From assembly GCF_036321535.1 (NCBI RefSeq), contig NC_087438.1:1118001-1182000 (forward strand): a stretch of DNA of 64,000 bases, in the 5' to 3' direction. The notes beneath the pieces were generated by a model. It made no database searches. It was not told the origin of the DNA and was given only the letters and a program-made list of their open reading frames with translations. Every line of letters begins with the position of its first letter. The first letter of the stretch is position 1. Of the stretch, positions 12,819-23,358 are shown one piece after another. Position numbers and translations under genes: made by a program. Origin of the DNA: Camelus dromedarius. Its lineage: Eukaryota.

Positions 12819-12958
12819 GGTGGGAGGGGACAGCTCAGTGGTAGAGTGTGTGCTCAGCAGGCGCGAGGTCCTGGGTTCAGTCCCAGGCCCTCCATTAAAA
12901 TAAATAAGAATCTAATTACTATCCTCCCCCCAAAAAACCCCAAAACTAAAAAAAAAAA
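12819..12958 (+). mobile_element. tRNA-Ala-derived camelid SINE (Vic-1-like)
   Basis: gggaggggacagctcagtggtagagtgtgtgctcagcaggcgcgaggtcctgggttcagtccc (Pol III A and B boxes), then taaaataaataa...ctaattac tail and poly-A. Confidence 0.88.
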
Positions 12959-13852
12959 CATGGTCTCCTTGAGGCCCTGAAACAACGCACGGTGGGGACG
13001 TTGCTGGCTGCCCCCACTAAGGGATGGCCGAGGGGCGTCCTGCGGTTCTGCAGGCCGGCTTGGTGTGGTGCAGAGACATGGACTAGAATATCAGTCTGTC
13101 ACCTGCAAGCTGTGCCCACGTGTGGGGTGGCGTTGACACAACCCGCCTCGCAGGATGGGGTGCAGGCAAAGCGCAGTCTGCCTGGTCCGCCAGCGTCCAG
13201 GGCCGCCCCACCCGGTGAAATCAGCTGTCCATTTCCCGGGGTCCTAACTGTGCACAAAAGACACGCCTTCTGACAGGGACTGGGCAGACCTCCCTCCGCA
13301 CCCGGACCCCGCGGGGCAGGTTCAGCGTCCTGTGCCGCTCGGTACCCACCACGGCGCCCAGTGGGAGACATTTGAGCAGAGCTGTTGGCGTGGTGGCCCT
13401 GTGCCTGGACATGGCCGTGAGTCCCTGAATGGTTTCACTGGTTTTGTGAAGTGTGCCTTTGAGAAACGTTTGAGGAGAACCTGACTTGAAGTTCTCACCA
13501 CGGCGGCTCCTTGAGTTCTTCCCATTGTGGAGAGACACTCCCTGCTTCTCTGCTTTGGCGAGAAATCGATCCTCAAGCCCCAGGCCTGGGCGCCCACCTG
13601 TCTTCTGACGTCTCCATCTGCACGTCTCCCGGGCACCGAAGGCCCCAGCCCGAATTCACTGACTTCCGTGTCAAAACGGCCCCACGCGTGTGCCCTCTGC
13701 TGTCTGGGCCACCCCGGAGCTCACCGCAGCCCAGGCTGCCAGATCTCATGACAATAGTGATGGCTGGGCAATGGCCCTCACCACATCTGGAAGCCTCCTG
13801 GGAGGAGACTCGGAGGGAGGACGGCGCTTTGGGTCTGCTCCCACTGTCCCAC

Positions 13853-13898
13853 GTCCTGCGGCCCCGGCTAGTCCTGCGCCCCCGGCTAGTCCTGCGCC
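13853..13898. repeat. 18-bp tandem repeat, about 2.5 copies
   Basis: gtcctgcggccccggcta / gtcctgcgcccccggcta / gtcctgcgcc. Confidence 0.9.
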
Positions 13899-16104
13899 AG
13901 TTCTGATTCACTATAAATGCGCTTCACAAACCATCCGCGGTGCCGCTGTCTAGGCTTCCGGCCAGGCCCTTCCCGGAAGTCGCTCCTGAACCACCTGCAG
14001 GCTTCCTGCCCCCGCAACTGTCCCTCCCACCACCCGAGGGGACACAGACCTGCCCCAGCACCCGGGCGATGGCCATGCAAAGCCCCCCGACGTGCCCCGG
14101 ACAGCCCTCCCCCACACCCTTGTGGCCCTGCCCCTCCCTCAGCATCAGACTCCTGCAGCGGCTGTGACGGCGAACACGGGCCAGAAACACGGCCTGGCTT
14201 GGCTTCCAGCCTTGCTCGCACCCGGCTCTGCACGTTCATGGGGTCCGTGCTCCTGAAGGGCCTGCCCGCCAAGGATTCTGAAATGCCCCTCACCAGCCCC
14301 GCTAGTGCTCCCGTGGGTGCCGGCCTAGCCCGTCTTGGTCCCCATTTGCAGTCTGTGCAGTGACTGGATGAGGTCCCAGACCCCAGCTCAGGCCGGCTCT
14401 CCCCACTTTGATGTTAGAATGAGCCACCTTCCTGCCATTAGCGACACAGCACCGCTTTATTACTTGAAGCTGAAGGGGAGGAAATTAATTTTGCTGTCAT
14501 AATTTCCTGGCACCCCGGGGTGACGGGGGCGCCGGGGGCGTGCTGAGCTACGTGTGCGCGGGGAGCCTTCACCGGGCCGGGCAGACGCTGCTGGCCGACT
14601 CTCCGTCTTGAGGGACTGGCCGCCGGGTTCAGACCATAGCCTGGCTGTGCCTTGCGGGAGGGAGCAGCCCGGAGCTTCCAGGGTAACACGAAGGGATCCT
14701 AGTCTCTGCTTCCATCGTGGCCCCTCTCGTCCTCGTGGTCCCGTTCCTCTTCCTCCCCTTCCACCCATGAGGACTAAGGTCCCTTGGAAATGTCTGGAAT
14801 TGCAGTCGGGCCCTGGGCTGAGTGTCTGCTCCGTCCCCGATGGTATCCCAGCCCGGGGCCGGCCGTAGTTGAGGGACGTGGACCGAAAAGGAGCAGAGCA
14901 GCCTTGCGGGTGACGTCTGATTGATTTTACGGCCATGCAGCCGTGGAGACCTGAGGCACGTGTTGAGAGAAACGGAGCCTTGTGTGTGGATGTTTGCCAT
15001 GAGTGGTGGTCCCGCAAGTCCGCGGGGTTCCACGGAAGCCCAGGAACAGCTGCTTTTCCTCGGATACAACTCATCCCTCTGTGGAAGGAAGCGAACGCGG
15101 GGCTGACACCTTCCTGAGCCAGTGGACACGCGTGCCGTCCGGGCTCGTTTCCAAGGTGGCGCACCGAGGAGTCCACCCGGGGGGCTGTGATGGAGCACGC
15201 GGGGTGCACAGGGAGAGCCCACAGCCCACCAGCCACTGAGTGTGGCGGCCTTCCCGAGTCTGTGACCAGCTGTGGGCCCCGTGTGCGGAGAGGCCCAGGA
15301 TGAAACACTTCCTGTGAAGTGGGGGTTCGGGCACTTGTCCTGACTGCTGGGATCAATGTTCTTGTGAGGAAGAAGCAAAGCCCCTCCCCCAGTTCACACA
15401 TGCGGGGTTTCAGGGGCCACTGTGTCAAGGCCACGAGGATCCCACCACCTGCTCAGCAGCAGTTTGTGGGCAGAGTGTGTGACCTGAGTCCACAGAGAAC
15501 ACCAGTGTCCCACTGCCTTCCTACTGGTTAAATTTGCAGCATGATTTTCCTTAATTAAACATGAGCACAGGAAGGTTAAACAGCTTACGAGAGGCTCTGA
15601 GAGCTCAGATGGGAGCAAGTTCCAGCCCCGTGGGGTGACTTTTGAAGGTGCCTGAGAAGGTCCTGCCAACCAGCCTCTCCCAACTGTTAAGTCTGCTACC
15701 CGCTGGGACTGACCAGGTTTCTGGCAGGAGGCGGTGACCTCTGGCAAGTTCCTTGCAGTGTCCATCTTAAGAAGAAGTTTGATTGTGAAATAACACAAAG
15801 ACACCTGCAGCAGACATTAGGGAGGGTGACCCTGCAGAGATCCGGCTTAGACGGTCTTCCCGACACGTGAACAGAATTCCCGCGCGTGTGGACGCAGAGG
15901 CTGCTTTCCGAAGGTGGCCCCAGCCACTTCGGCGCAGCACTCGGAGCTTTGCTGAAGGTGCTCTAAGTCCTGGGGGTGCAGGCGGGAGACAGCCCTTCCA
16001 GAAGCCCCAAGAACCGGGCCTCGCTCACCTGTTCAGGTCAAGGACCAGGTACTGTTGCGGGTCCTCCTCGGGCCCTGGCACCCATGCCTGGCTGTCAGAA
16101 CAGC

Positions 16105-16320
16105 ATCTCAGCCCCACCATGTCTGGGCCTACCCCAACACCCCTCCCGCTCAGCCCCACCATGGGCTGGGCCCACCCTGCAGCCCTTCCCTTTCAGCCCC
16201 TCCCCTCCCCTCAGCCTCGCCCCTCCCCTCAGTCCCGCCTCTCCCCTCAGCCCCTCCCCTCCTCTCAGCCCCTCCCCTCAGCCCCGCCCCTCCCCTCAGC
16301 CCCGCCCCCTCCCGCTCAGA
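16105..16320. repeat. C-rich minisatellite (units like cccctcagccccgcccct), G-rich on the minus strand
   Basis: Repeated ctcagcccc/cccctcccctcag units at 16190-16320, preceded by a duplicated ctcagccccaccatg. Confidence 0.85.
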
Positions 16321-17754
16321 GGCGCTGCCCGACCACTGCAGAAGGCAAGGCCGCCTCCAACAGCGCCCGGGCCCACGAGTCAGTTCTTAGCGCGGCCGCC
16401 AATGTTGCCTGCGGAAAATGTAGATCCTCTCGCCTTTACCCAGATAGGAGCCCCGGCACTCAAGCCCGAGGGCTTACTGGCGACCCCGGTCTTCCACGTC
16501 GGGCCCTGGCCAGTGAAGCGCGGTTCCCTCCGGCCAGGGCAGCCCCCTCGCTCTGCTGCGGGAGCTCTGGTCTTGCTTCTCTCCGATGCTTTAAAATAAA
16601 CTCTTGTTAGGATGGGACACATGCCGCCACCTCAAAGGTTTGCCAGCTAGCCCTCCGGGCCTCCGCTGGGTGAAAAGCCCTTTCACAGGGTGGTCTGGGG
16701 CCGGGTTTCCTCCCGGTCCTCCGCTGTGCCCACCGCTCATCCCCCGGATGGGGGAGGAGAGGGGATGCCTCCCGTGGGCATGCGCGGGGCATCTTGTCCA
16801 CCATCTTGTCCTCGCCGGGAGGGTCTCGGAGTGAAGGCACTGGCCTGTCCCACCTGACAGTGCGCCGGGGAGGGAGGCGAGTGGGGAGGGAGGCCGCGGG
16901 CTGAGGGCCGCCCTCAGCTCTGCCCCCCCCGCCCCCCCCCGCCAGCCTTCTCACTCGCTGCCCCTCGGCCCGCCGTCCCCACGTCCTGTCGCATCACTGA
17001 GGTCAGCTCTGTGGTCCGTCTCCACCAGACCTTCACCCCCTCCCTGAGAAGCACCCCGTCCCTGCGTTATCTTACCCCGAGGCACGCCCTGGGCAGCATG
17101 GATCACCATCTAAGGGGACCTTTGTCTGAGTGCCCACTCGCTTGTCCGCACGCCCCACGCGTCCTCAGCTTCATCGGCAGGGACTCGGGGTGGACACTGG
17201 CTGGGAAGAGAAGTGGGAGGTGCCGGCTTCGCAGGCCGGTCCTTCCCCACAAAGACGCACAGCCCTGGTCGATGGTGTCCTGGGAGGTTAACTCATCATC
17301 CCGCCAGGTTACTAATTGGCAACACAGGGAAACCAGTGCTACATTTTGGCAGTTTGCTCCAACATGCAGTGGAATAAGAATCATTTCTCTGCTGACCATC
17401 AGCGGCTTTGTATCGTCCCCAGTTGATGTAGACCCAGGCAGGGCGCTCAGCCAGCCACGGAAACGCGCTCCCAACAACTGCCTCCCTGTTGGGAAGTCTG
17501 GTTCCTTTCTTTTCTTCTTAAAAATAAGCACATTTAACTTTTTAGGAATTTTGCCTGGGAACCTTGGATATTTTGGTTCTTAACAAATAAATTTGTGTAA
17601 TTGGGGAATGGGCTTGTGGATAGAGGTTATTTCTGCCAGAATTTTCCAAGTGGTGTGTTTCAGACTTGTTTTCCTTCAAGCTGAATTCTGAAGCGTGCAG
17701 ATTTGTCCTAGGAGAACACAGGACATCTGGTCCAATATGAAGGCGCTATAGATG

Positions 17755-18064
17755 CGTCCTGTCTCACAGAAACGTAATTCAAGTCATATGGGTAATTTAA
17801 AATTGTTAAACAGTCACACTAAAAAAAAAGTAAAAAGAAACAGAAGAAATTGAATTTAACATATCTTTTATTTAACCCAAATAATTATTAATTAATTTAA
17901 CATTACCTAATATAAAAATGTTGTAAGGTATTTGACATTCCTTTTCGTACTGATTCTTTGAACAGTGTGTATTCCACACTCCCAGCCCGTCTCAGTCCAG
18001 ACCGGGCACATTCGAGTGCTCTAAGGCCACGTGGGGCTGGTGGTAACGGCATCCGACACAGAGC
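17755..18064 (+). mobile_element. MER33 (hAT-Charlie non-autonomous DNA transposon)
   Basis: aaaaaagtaaaaagaaacagaagaaattgaatttaacatatcttttatttaacccaa...cacattcgagtgctctaaggccacgtggggctggtggtaac follows the MER33 consensus nearly end to end. Confidence 0.85.
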
Positions 18065-18071
18065 TCTCGAA

Positions 18072-18168
18072 CGAGGGTGCAGAACTGCGGCCTGGGGCCA
18101 ACCAGCCTGCCAGCCTGCTTGGCACAGCCCCGGAGCTGAGAATGGGTTTTACATTTTAAAATGGTTGG
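18072..18168 (+). mobile_element. MER58-type hAT-Charlie fragment
   Basis: gagggtgcagaactgcggcctggggccaa...ggagctgagaatgggttttacattttaaaatggttg resembles the MER58B left end. Confidence 0.7.
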
Positions 18169-18214
18169 ACAAAGAAGCTCTAAAAAGATGCGGCAAGGAC
18201 CACAGGTCATGATG

Positions 18215-18345
18215 TTTGGGCTTATTGGTTACTTTTAAATGAGTTAGTCAATAAAGATTTAATTTTTTCTCAGATTTAATTTTAATAAAAAATATGGCTA
18301 GATGTAACTCACATGAACAAAAGCTCTGTGGGGGTTTGAGAACCA
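18215..18345. mobile_element. hAT-Charlie family fragment
   Basis: tttttctcagatttaattttaat...tagatgtaactcacatgaacaaaagctctgtgggg...tttgagaacca resembles a Charlie/MER terminal region; subfamily not determined. Confidence 0.55.
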
Positions 18346-18412
18346 GGTTTGTTCTGATCCCAGTTCAGGTGACAGTGTGCTCAGAGAGGTCCCAGCAAGT
18401 CAGGCAGAACTG

Positions 18413-18474
18413 CCTGGCACCCCGTCACCTGGTACCGTGTCTCCTGCTACCGTGCCACCTGGTACCACGTCACC
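18413..18474. repeat. 15-bp tandem repeat, 4 copies
   Basis: cctggcaccccgtca / cctggtaccgtgtct / cctgctaccgtgcca / cctggtaccacgtca. Confidence 0.85.
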
Positions 18475-19693
18475 CCTTGTCCAAGACCCTTCTCACCCAC
18501 AGCATCTGTTTTCAAGGGTTAAGTGAGACATTTACTTCCTATTCACTTGAAGTCACTGTTGTAAAGAATATTTTCTGTTTGGTCACATTTGACTGTTGTT
18601 CCAGCCTCTCTAACAGGCTTCAGTGTCACCTGAGAAAGAGTTGCAGGGAAAGTGTGCTGATGGTTCTAGCGAAGAGATGCCCCGCGAGTTTGAAAGGAGG
18701 CATTGTCTGTGTCTTTATTTGCGAGATCACTGGCTGTTATCACCTGTCTTCGGTGACAAAACTTGCAAGTGTGGTATTAATTTTCTCTTAAAGTCATCCT
18801 GGCTGGACATGAGGCCGTACGCCCAGCCTGGGGCAGGGGTGGACCAGGCGGCTCTTGGCAGAGTGTCAGGCGGGTTCCAGTCTGAAGAGGTTTCCTCCCA
18901 GTCAGCCTGGACTCACCTGAAAACTTCCCAGTCCTGGCGTCTGGTGAGGTCACTTCTGACTCTTGCAGAAGACCCCACGTGTGGACCCCACGGACTGAAC
19001 CACGAAGGGACCTCTGCTGTTCCCAGGACATCCGTGGGCACCAGAGTGCATCTCTCAGCCACACTGGCCCCTGAGAACCCCTGGCTTCCATGACCCCATT
19101 TGGGGACCAGAGCCCTGGATGTCCCTTCAGCTTCCTGGCAACCCTGGAGGGACCCTCTACTGAGACTGTGGGGATGGGGGCTTCGGGGAGCCGTGCGCAC
19201 CCTGGGGCCCCAGGCTTGTTTATGTGGGGGTGCACCTCATGCCCTTTCGTCTCCCGCTGGCCCGTGGGGCATTCGCTTCAGTGACGCCTTTGCAGCGTGG
19301 GTGCCAGCGGCTCAGCCAGCTGAGGAAACCTCAGGGAAGAAGAGGAGGTGGGATCTGCCGCGTGTGTCGTTTTTCCGTCAATTGCATCCTCCTCCAAGGA
19401 TCAGATCCGCCCATTGGCCACTCCATCAGTGGAGCCGGCTGGGAGGTGGAGAAAAAGTTGGTGTCCCACCCAGACCCTTTCTCCCAGAGACGTGCCCTGT
19501 CCCCAGGGCAGGGAGTGCCCTGCTGGGCAGCTGTCTGCTTCCAACTGTAATTACAGGTTCTGCCTGGCGACGGGAACCTCCTCTATCAGGGGTCACACAG
19601 CCCACACCAGTGACTGGCTGCACAGACGCAGGACCCGGCCCCTGGCCCGGGGACTGGGGGCTGTTCTGCGGAGCTGTCGATGCTCTCGACTAG

Positions 19694-19856
19694 AGCCATT
19701 TTCAAGGGGAGCACAGCCTGCAGCGTCAGCAGCCCCTGGGAAGTTGTTGGAAGTGCAAATCCTTGGGCCCCACTCAGAGCCCTAGGGTGGAGCCCAGCAA
19801 TCTGGGTCTAACCTGCCCGGTAGGACAGTCTGATGCAGGCTTCGGGTGGAGACCTG
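19694..19856 (+). mobile_element. MER5A (hAT-Charlie MITE)
   Basis: gcagcgtcagcagcccctgggaagttgttggaagtgcaaatccttgggccccac...gggtggagcccagcaatctg...tctgatgca matches MER5A. Confidence 0.8.
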
Positions 19857-20359
19857 GGCTGGAGAGCCTCCCACAGGAGCAGGGTGGGTCTTCTCTGCAG
19901 CTGGGACCACCCCCTGGCTTAGTTTTTGCTCCTGCCCCTCCCTGCTTCCTCCAGACCCAGCCCCGGCCCCGAAGCATCCCCCCAGGACATCACCTGCACT
20001 AGCGTCCTGGCCCCAGGATCTGCTCTTAGGAACCAAGGAGGCTTTAGAGCAAACGCTGTTCTGTCATCATCTCCCACCTTCTACCTCACAAGCCCTGTCT
20101 CCTCTGTGCACTAGAGCCCAGGGACAACCTACGGAAATTCAGGGCTGAGTGGACCAAGGAAATCAATGCATCTAACATCTGACTTGTTTGTTTTGACGGG
20201 GGACCCAGTGCCCACGCTTGGCTGCCACTATGTCATGTCCTCATTTCTCTTTTAAAAATTCAGTGAAGTCAAAGGAAAACAAAGCACCCAGGCCATGGTC
20301 AATATGAATTCTGTACTTGAAATAAGACCATACTGGGGCATTCCAACCTCGGCTAGAGT

Positions 20360-20677
20360 TAGGCTGTCCCATATGGCGGCCACTGGCGCCTGGTGGCAGC
20401 GCAGCACCTGCCACGTGGCCGCCCGGAGTGGGGATGCGCCTGCGTGCGATCTGTGCACCAGGTACCAGAGACATGGTGCAGAGAAGAAGGAACAGTTTCT
20501 CATTAATAAGTCTAGTATCGATCACAGGCTGAAATAATAACATCTTGGATATGTTGGGTTACATAAAATACATTATTAAAATCGCGTTCACCTGTTTCTT
20601 TTTACTTCTTTAACGTGGCTGTGGAAAATTTAATAACACGCATGCGGCTCCCCCTCTGTTTCTCTTGGACAGAGCTG
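20360..20677 (-). mobile_element. MER33, second copy, inverted relative to the first
   Basis: tgaaataataacatcttggatatgttgggttacataaaatacattattaaaatcgcgttcacctgtttctttttacttctttaacgtggct...ttggacagagctg is the reverse complement of the MER33 pattern. Confidence 0.85.
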
Positions 20678-21795
20678 ACCTGGAGCACACCGAGCACAGC
20701 CAGTCAGCAGTGAGCGCTTGCCAGGCGCGGTTCTGCGGGCCAACGAGGCGGAGCGAGCGGGGATTTGAAAACCAGCACAAACCAGACCCACATGGGCTTG
20801 GCCCTGCCGGGCTTGCGGCTCCTCAGCTGGGAGTGAAGGTTCTGGAACCGTGTCTCCTGGTTCATCTCGTCGAGTCTTGTTTTCGCGGTGCTGGATGCCT
20901 TCCAGGAGCAGTGATGCTGACAGCTGGCCCGGGTGATGTGTAAGCCCACAGGGGCCGCATCTGGACGGCACAGCCTGGGAAGCAGCGGGTCCGTCCGGAG
21001 TGGCGGGAGACCTTCGTGGGAGGAAATCCCGTGGTTCCCATGGGTAGGTCATCGCAGCGCTCGGCAACCTCCGCTGGCAGGAGGCCCATCTTCACGTTTG
21101 CAGTTAAGCTGTTTCCTCCTGATCTTTCCAAAAACAGACAGAAAACAGCTGGTTGCCAAACTCAGGGTAAAGTCCTTTGGGTGAATCAAAGGAAAATTTT
21201 ATTTTATCCCTTAAATTTCTGTTCCATGAGCTAGATGACCTTGGTTCCTTAAATAAAGACAATTTCGATTTTTTTCTATACAAAAGCAAAAGCAAGGCAA
21301 TCTGGTAACTGCCCATTTGATGGGGTATTTAGGCAAAGCATGGGACTTGGAGATCGGTGGGTATCTGAAACCACGGAGGCGTATGACGGTGCTATCTGCA
21401 AGTTCAAAGCCCAGGGGAACAACATTCTGGGAGAGTTCTTTATTTTTGTTGCTCATAAGATCCTTACATTCACCCCCAAATACTGTATGTGGCAACGTGA
21501 CTAAAGTTGAAGGAAGCTGGCCCCGGCCTCAGAGCACCGCACGTGGGGACAGCACGTGGTTTCCCCTGGTCCAGCACGACACCGAGGTCAAGGGGCCCGG
21601 GAAGAGTGTGATGGTGCCTGGGTGGTGACCTGGGAAGGCGAGCTGGTGGCTGGGCTCTGGGGACCGTAAGCGCCCGGCGAGAGGTCCGAGAGACTTCCCT
21701 CTAGGCTTTCTGGCCAAGGAGCAAGGAAACGGTTATCGTGGTCGGAGAGGACCAAATATCGCAGAAAGCAAGTGTTTTTGTGGTCATACCTTTAA

Positions 21796-21840
21796 CCCCT
21801 CCCTCCCTTCCTCCGTCCCTCCCTTCCTTCCTACCTTCCA
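21796..21840. repeat. Degenerate (CCTT/CCCT)n simple repeat
   Basis: cccctccctcccttcctccgtccctcccttccttcctaccttcc. Confidence 0.7.
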
Positions 21841-23197
21841 CTGCTCTGGTCTCCACTGTGATTATTTTCAGCATAGGTTAGAAGCTTTAGGTAGGGGCAC
21901 TGAGGTTCACTTCCCTCAAAACAACGTCAGAAGCCCCACCTTTTGCCCCACTGAAATGACAAAATGCGAAGCCTGGAGTTACACTCTGCATCTAATGCTG
22001 ACTGGCTGTCTTGAATTTCTCCCCCTATCCCCACAAGCCACGCGTCCTCAGGTGGGTTGGTGGCTCTGTGTTGAATTGATCTAACCTCTCCCCACTTCTG
22101 TGTTCACACAAGCTGGATCCTGAGTGAGATAACCAGTGACTCAATTCAACCAGACAGGCTGCTGGTTTTAAACCAGGCCAGGTGCTCACTGAAAGACGCA
22201 GGAGCTGACTCATGCATGTAGACATCATCAATATCTTCCTGGACCGTCCTGGTCTTGCCTCTTTGGCTCAGGAAAGCAGCCGCGTTGCAGACAGGCGTTG
22301 TCTGATCTCACCGCAGGGTCCCCAGGGTTGGGCTCTGCCAATTGTGGGTTCTGAGTGAGGGCCTATCCGTGTCTCTGTCTGCCCCGTCCTTTCTTCTGAA
22401 CGTGGACCCTTGTCTCTCGGTTTCTTTCTGGCACCTGCGAGCACCTGGGAGCAGTCATCGGAGGCAGCGTCCTCCGTGCCCAGGTGCCGGCTGACTCACC
22501 CAGGCCTCCCTGCGGTCCAATTCATTAACCGCGCTGCGCCTGGGCTGCGCCGAGAGCATGGGTGTATCTCAAGAATGGCTTGGCAGGAGCTGGGCGAGTT
22601 TACAGCCAGGAGGGGAGGGAGGAAGAGGCGGAGGAGGAAGGCACAGTTCCGTTGTGACTTGAACACCTGTCCACACGAGCCAAAGAAAGCCTCTCCACTC
22701 CAGTGTGCAGCTCCGAGCATGCGATCCTCTGAACCTGGGCTGTAATTAACTTCACGACGTCCCCAGGGAGTTCGGGAACGGGAGGGAGAGAGAACCCTGT
22801 TCCGTCCAGCCAGGCACCACGAGGCACCCAGGGAGGCGCCCGAGGACGTCAGAACAGGAAGGTCTCCCTGAAAGAAGACCGGGGTTCTCTTGCGTTCCCT
22901 CTGCGTTGGCCAGGCATGCGGTCCCCGTGGCCCCGGGGGCTCCTCGCCCAGCCCCAGCTCTGCTTCTTCAAGTCTCAGGCTTGGCTCTCCTCCTGGCACA
23001 GCCTGCCAAAACCCCCTTTTTGTGAACTTTTAAGTCCATGAGGATTTTCCAGAAAACGTTAATCTAAAATACTTTGTGAGAATCCTCTAAAGGACAAAAA
23101 ATAGCGTTAGCTCCCTTATAGCTTGTTTTATGGAAGCCTTTCTTCCCAGAAACATGTTTTTCTGTTCTAATAACATAGCCATGAAGGTGATACACTG

Positions 23198-23358
23198 AAG
23201 TGGGGAGGGTGCAGCCCAGTGGAAGAGCTCCTGCTTAGTGTGCTCGAGGTCCTGGGTTCGAGCCCCAGGCCCTCCACTTAAATAGCAATAAACCTAAAAT
23301 GAAACCTAATTACCTACCCCACAAACATTTTTTGAAATTAAAAATTTGAATTAAAAAA
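23198..23358 (+). mobile_element. tRNA-Ala-derived camelid SINE (Vic-1-like) with TSD
   Basis: ggggagggtgcagcccagtggaagagctcctgcttagtgtgctcgaggtcctgggttcgagcccc, aataaacctaa/ctaattacc tail; TSD tgatacactg at 23188-23197 and 23359-23368. Confidence 0.9.

Noticed and set aside
12819..12895. tRNA-Ala gene (also 23198-23277 and 48325-48402)
   Set aside because: Stems are disrupted, and each copy has a SINE tail or poly-A (one with a clear TSD); these are tRNA-derived SINEs.
14460..16610. 324-, 249- and 247-aa ORFs, including a proline-rich repeat protein
   Set aside because: GC-driven ORFs; the Pro/Ser repeats are translations of the C-rich minisatellite.
11093..18474. CRISPR-like arrays among the short direct repeats
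   Set aside because: Repeats are head-to-tail with no unique spacers, the context is eukaryotic and there are no cas genes.
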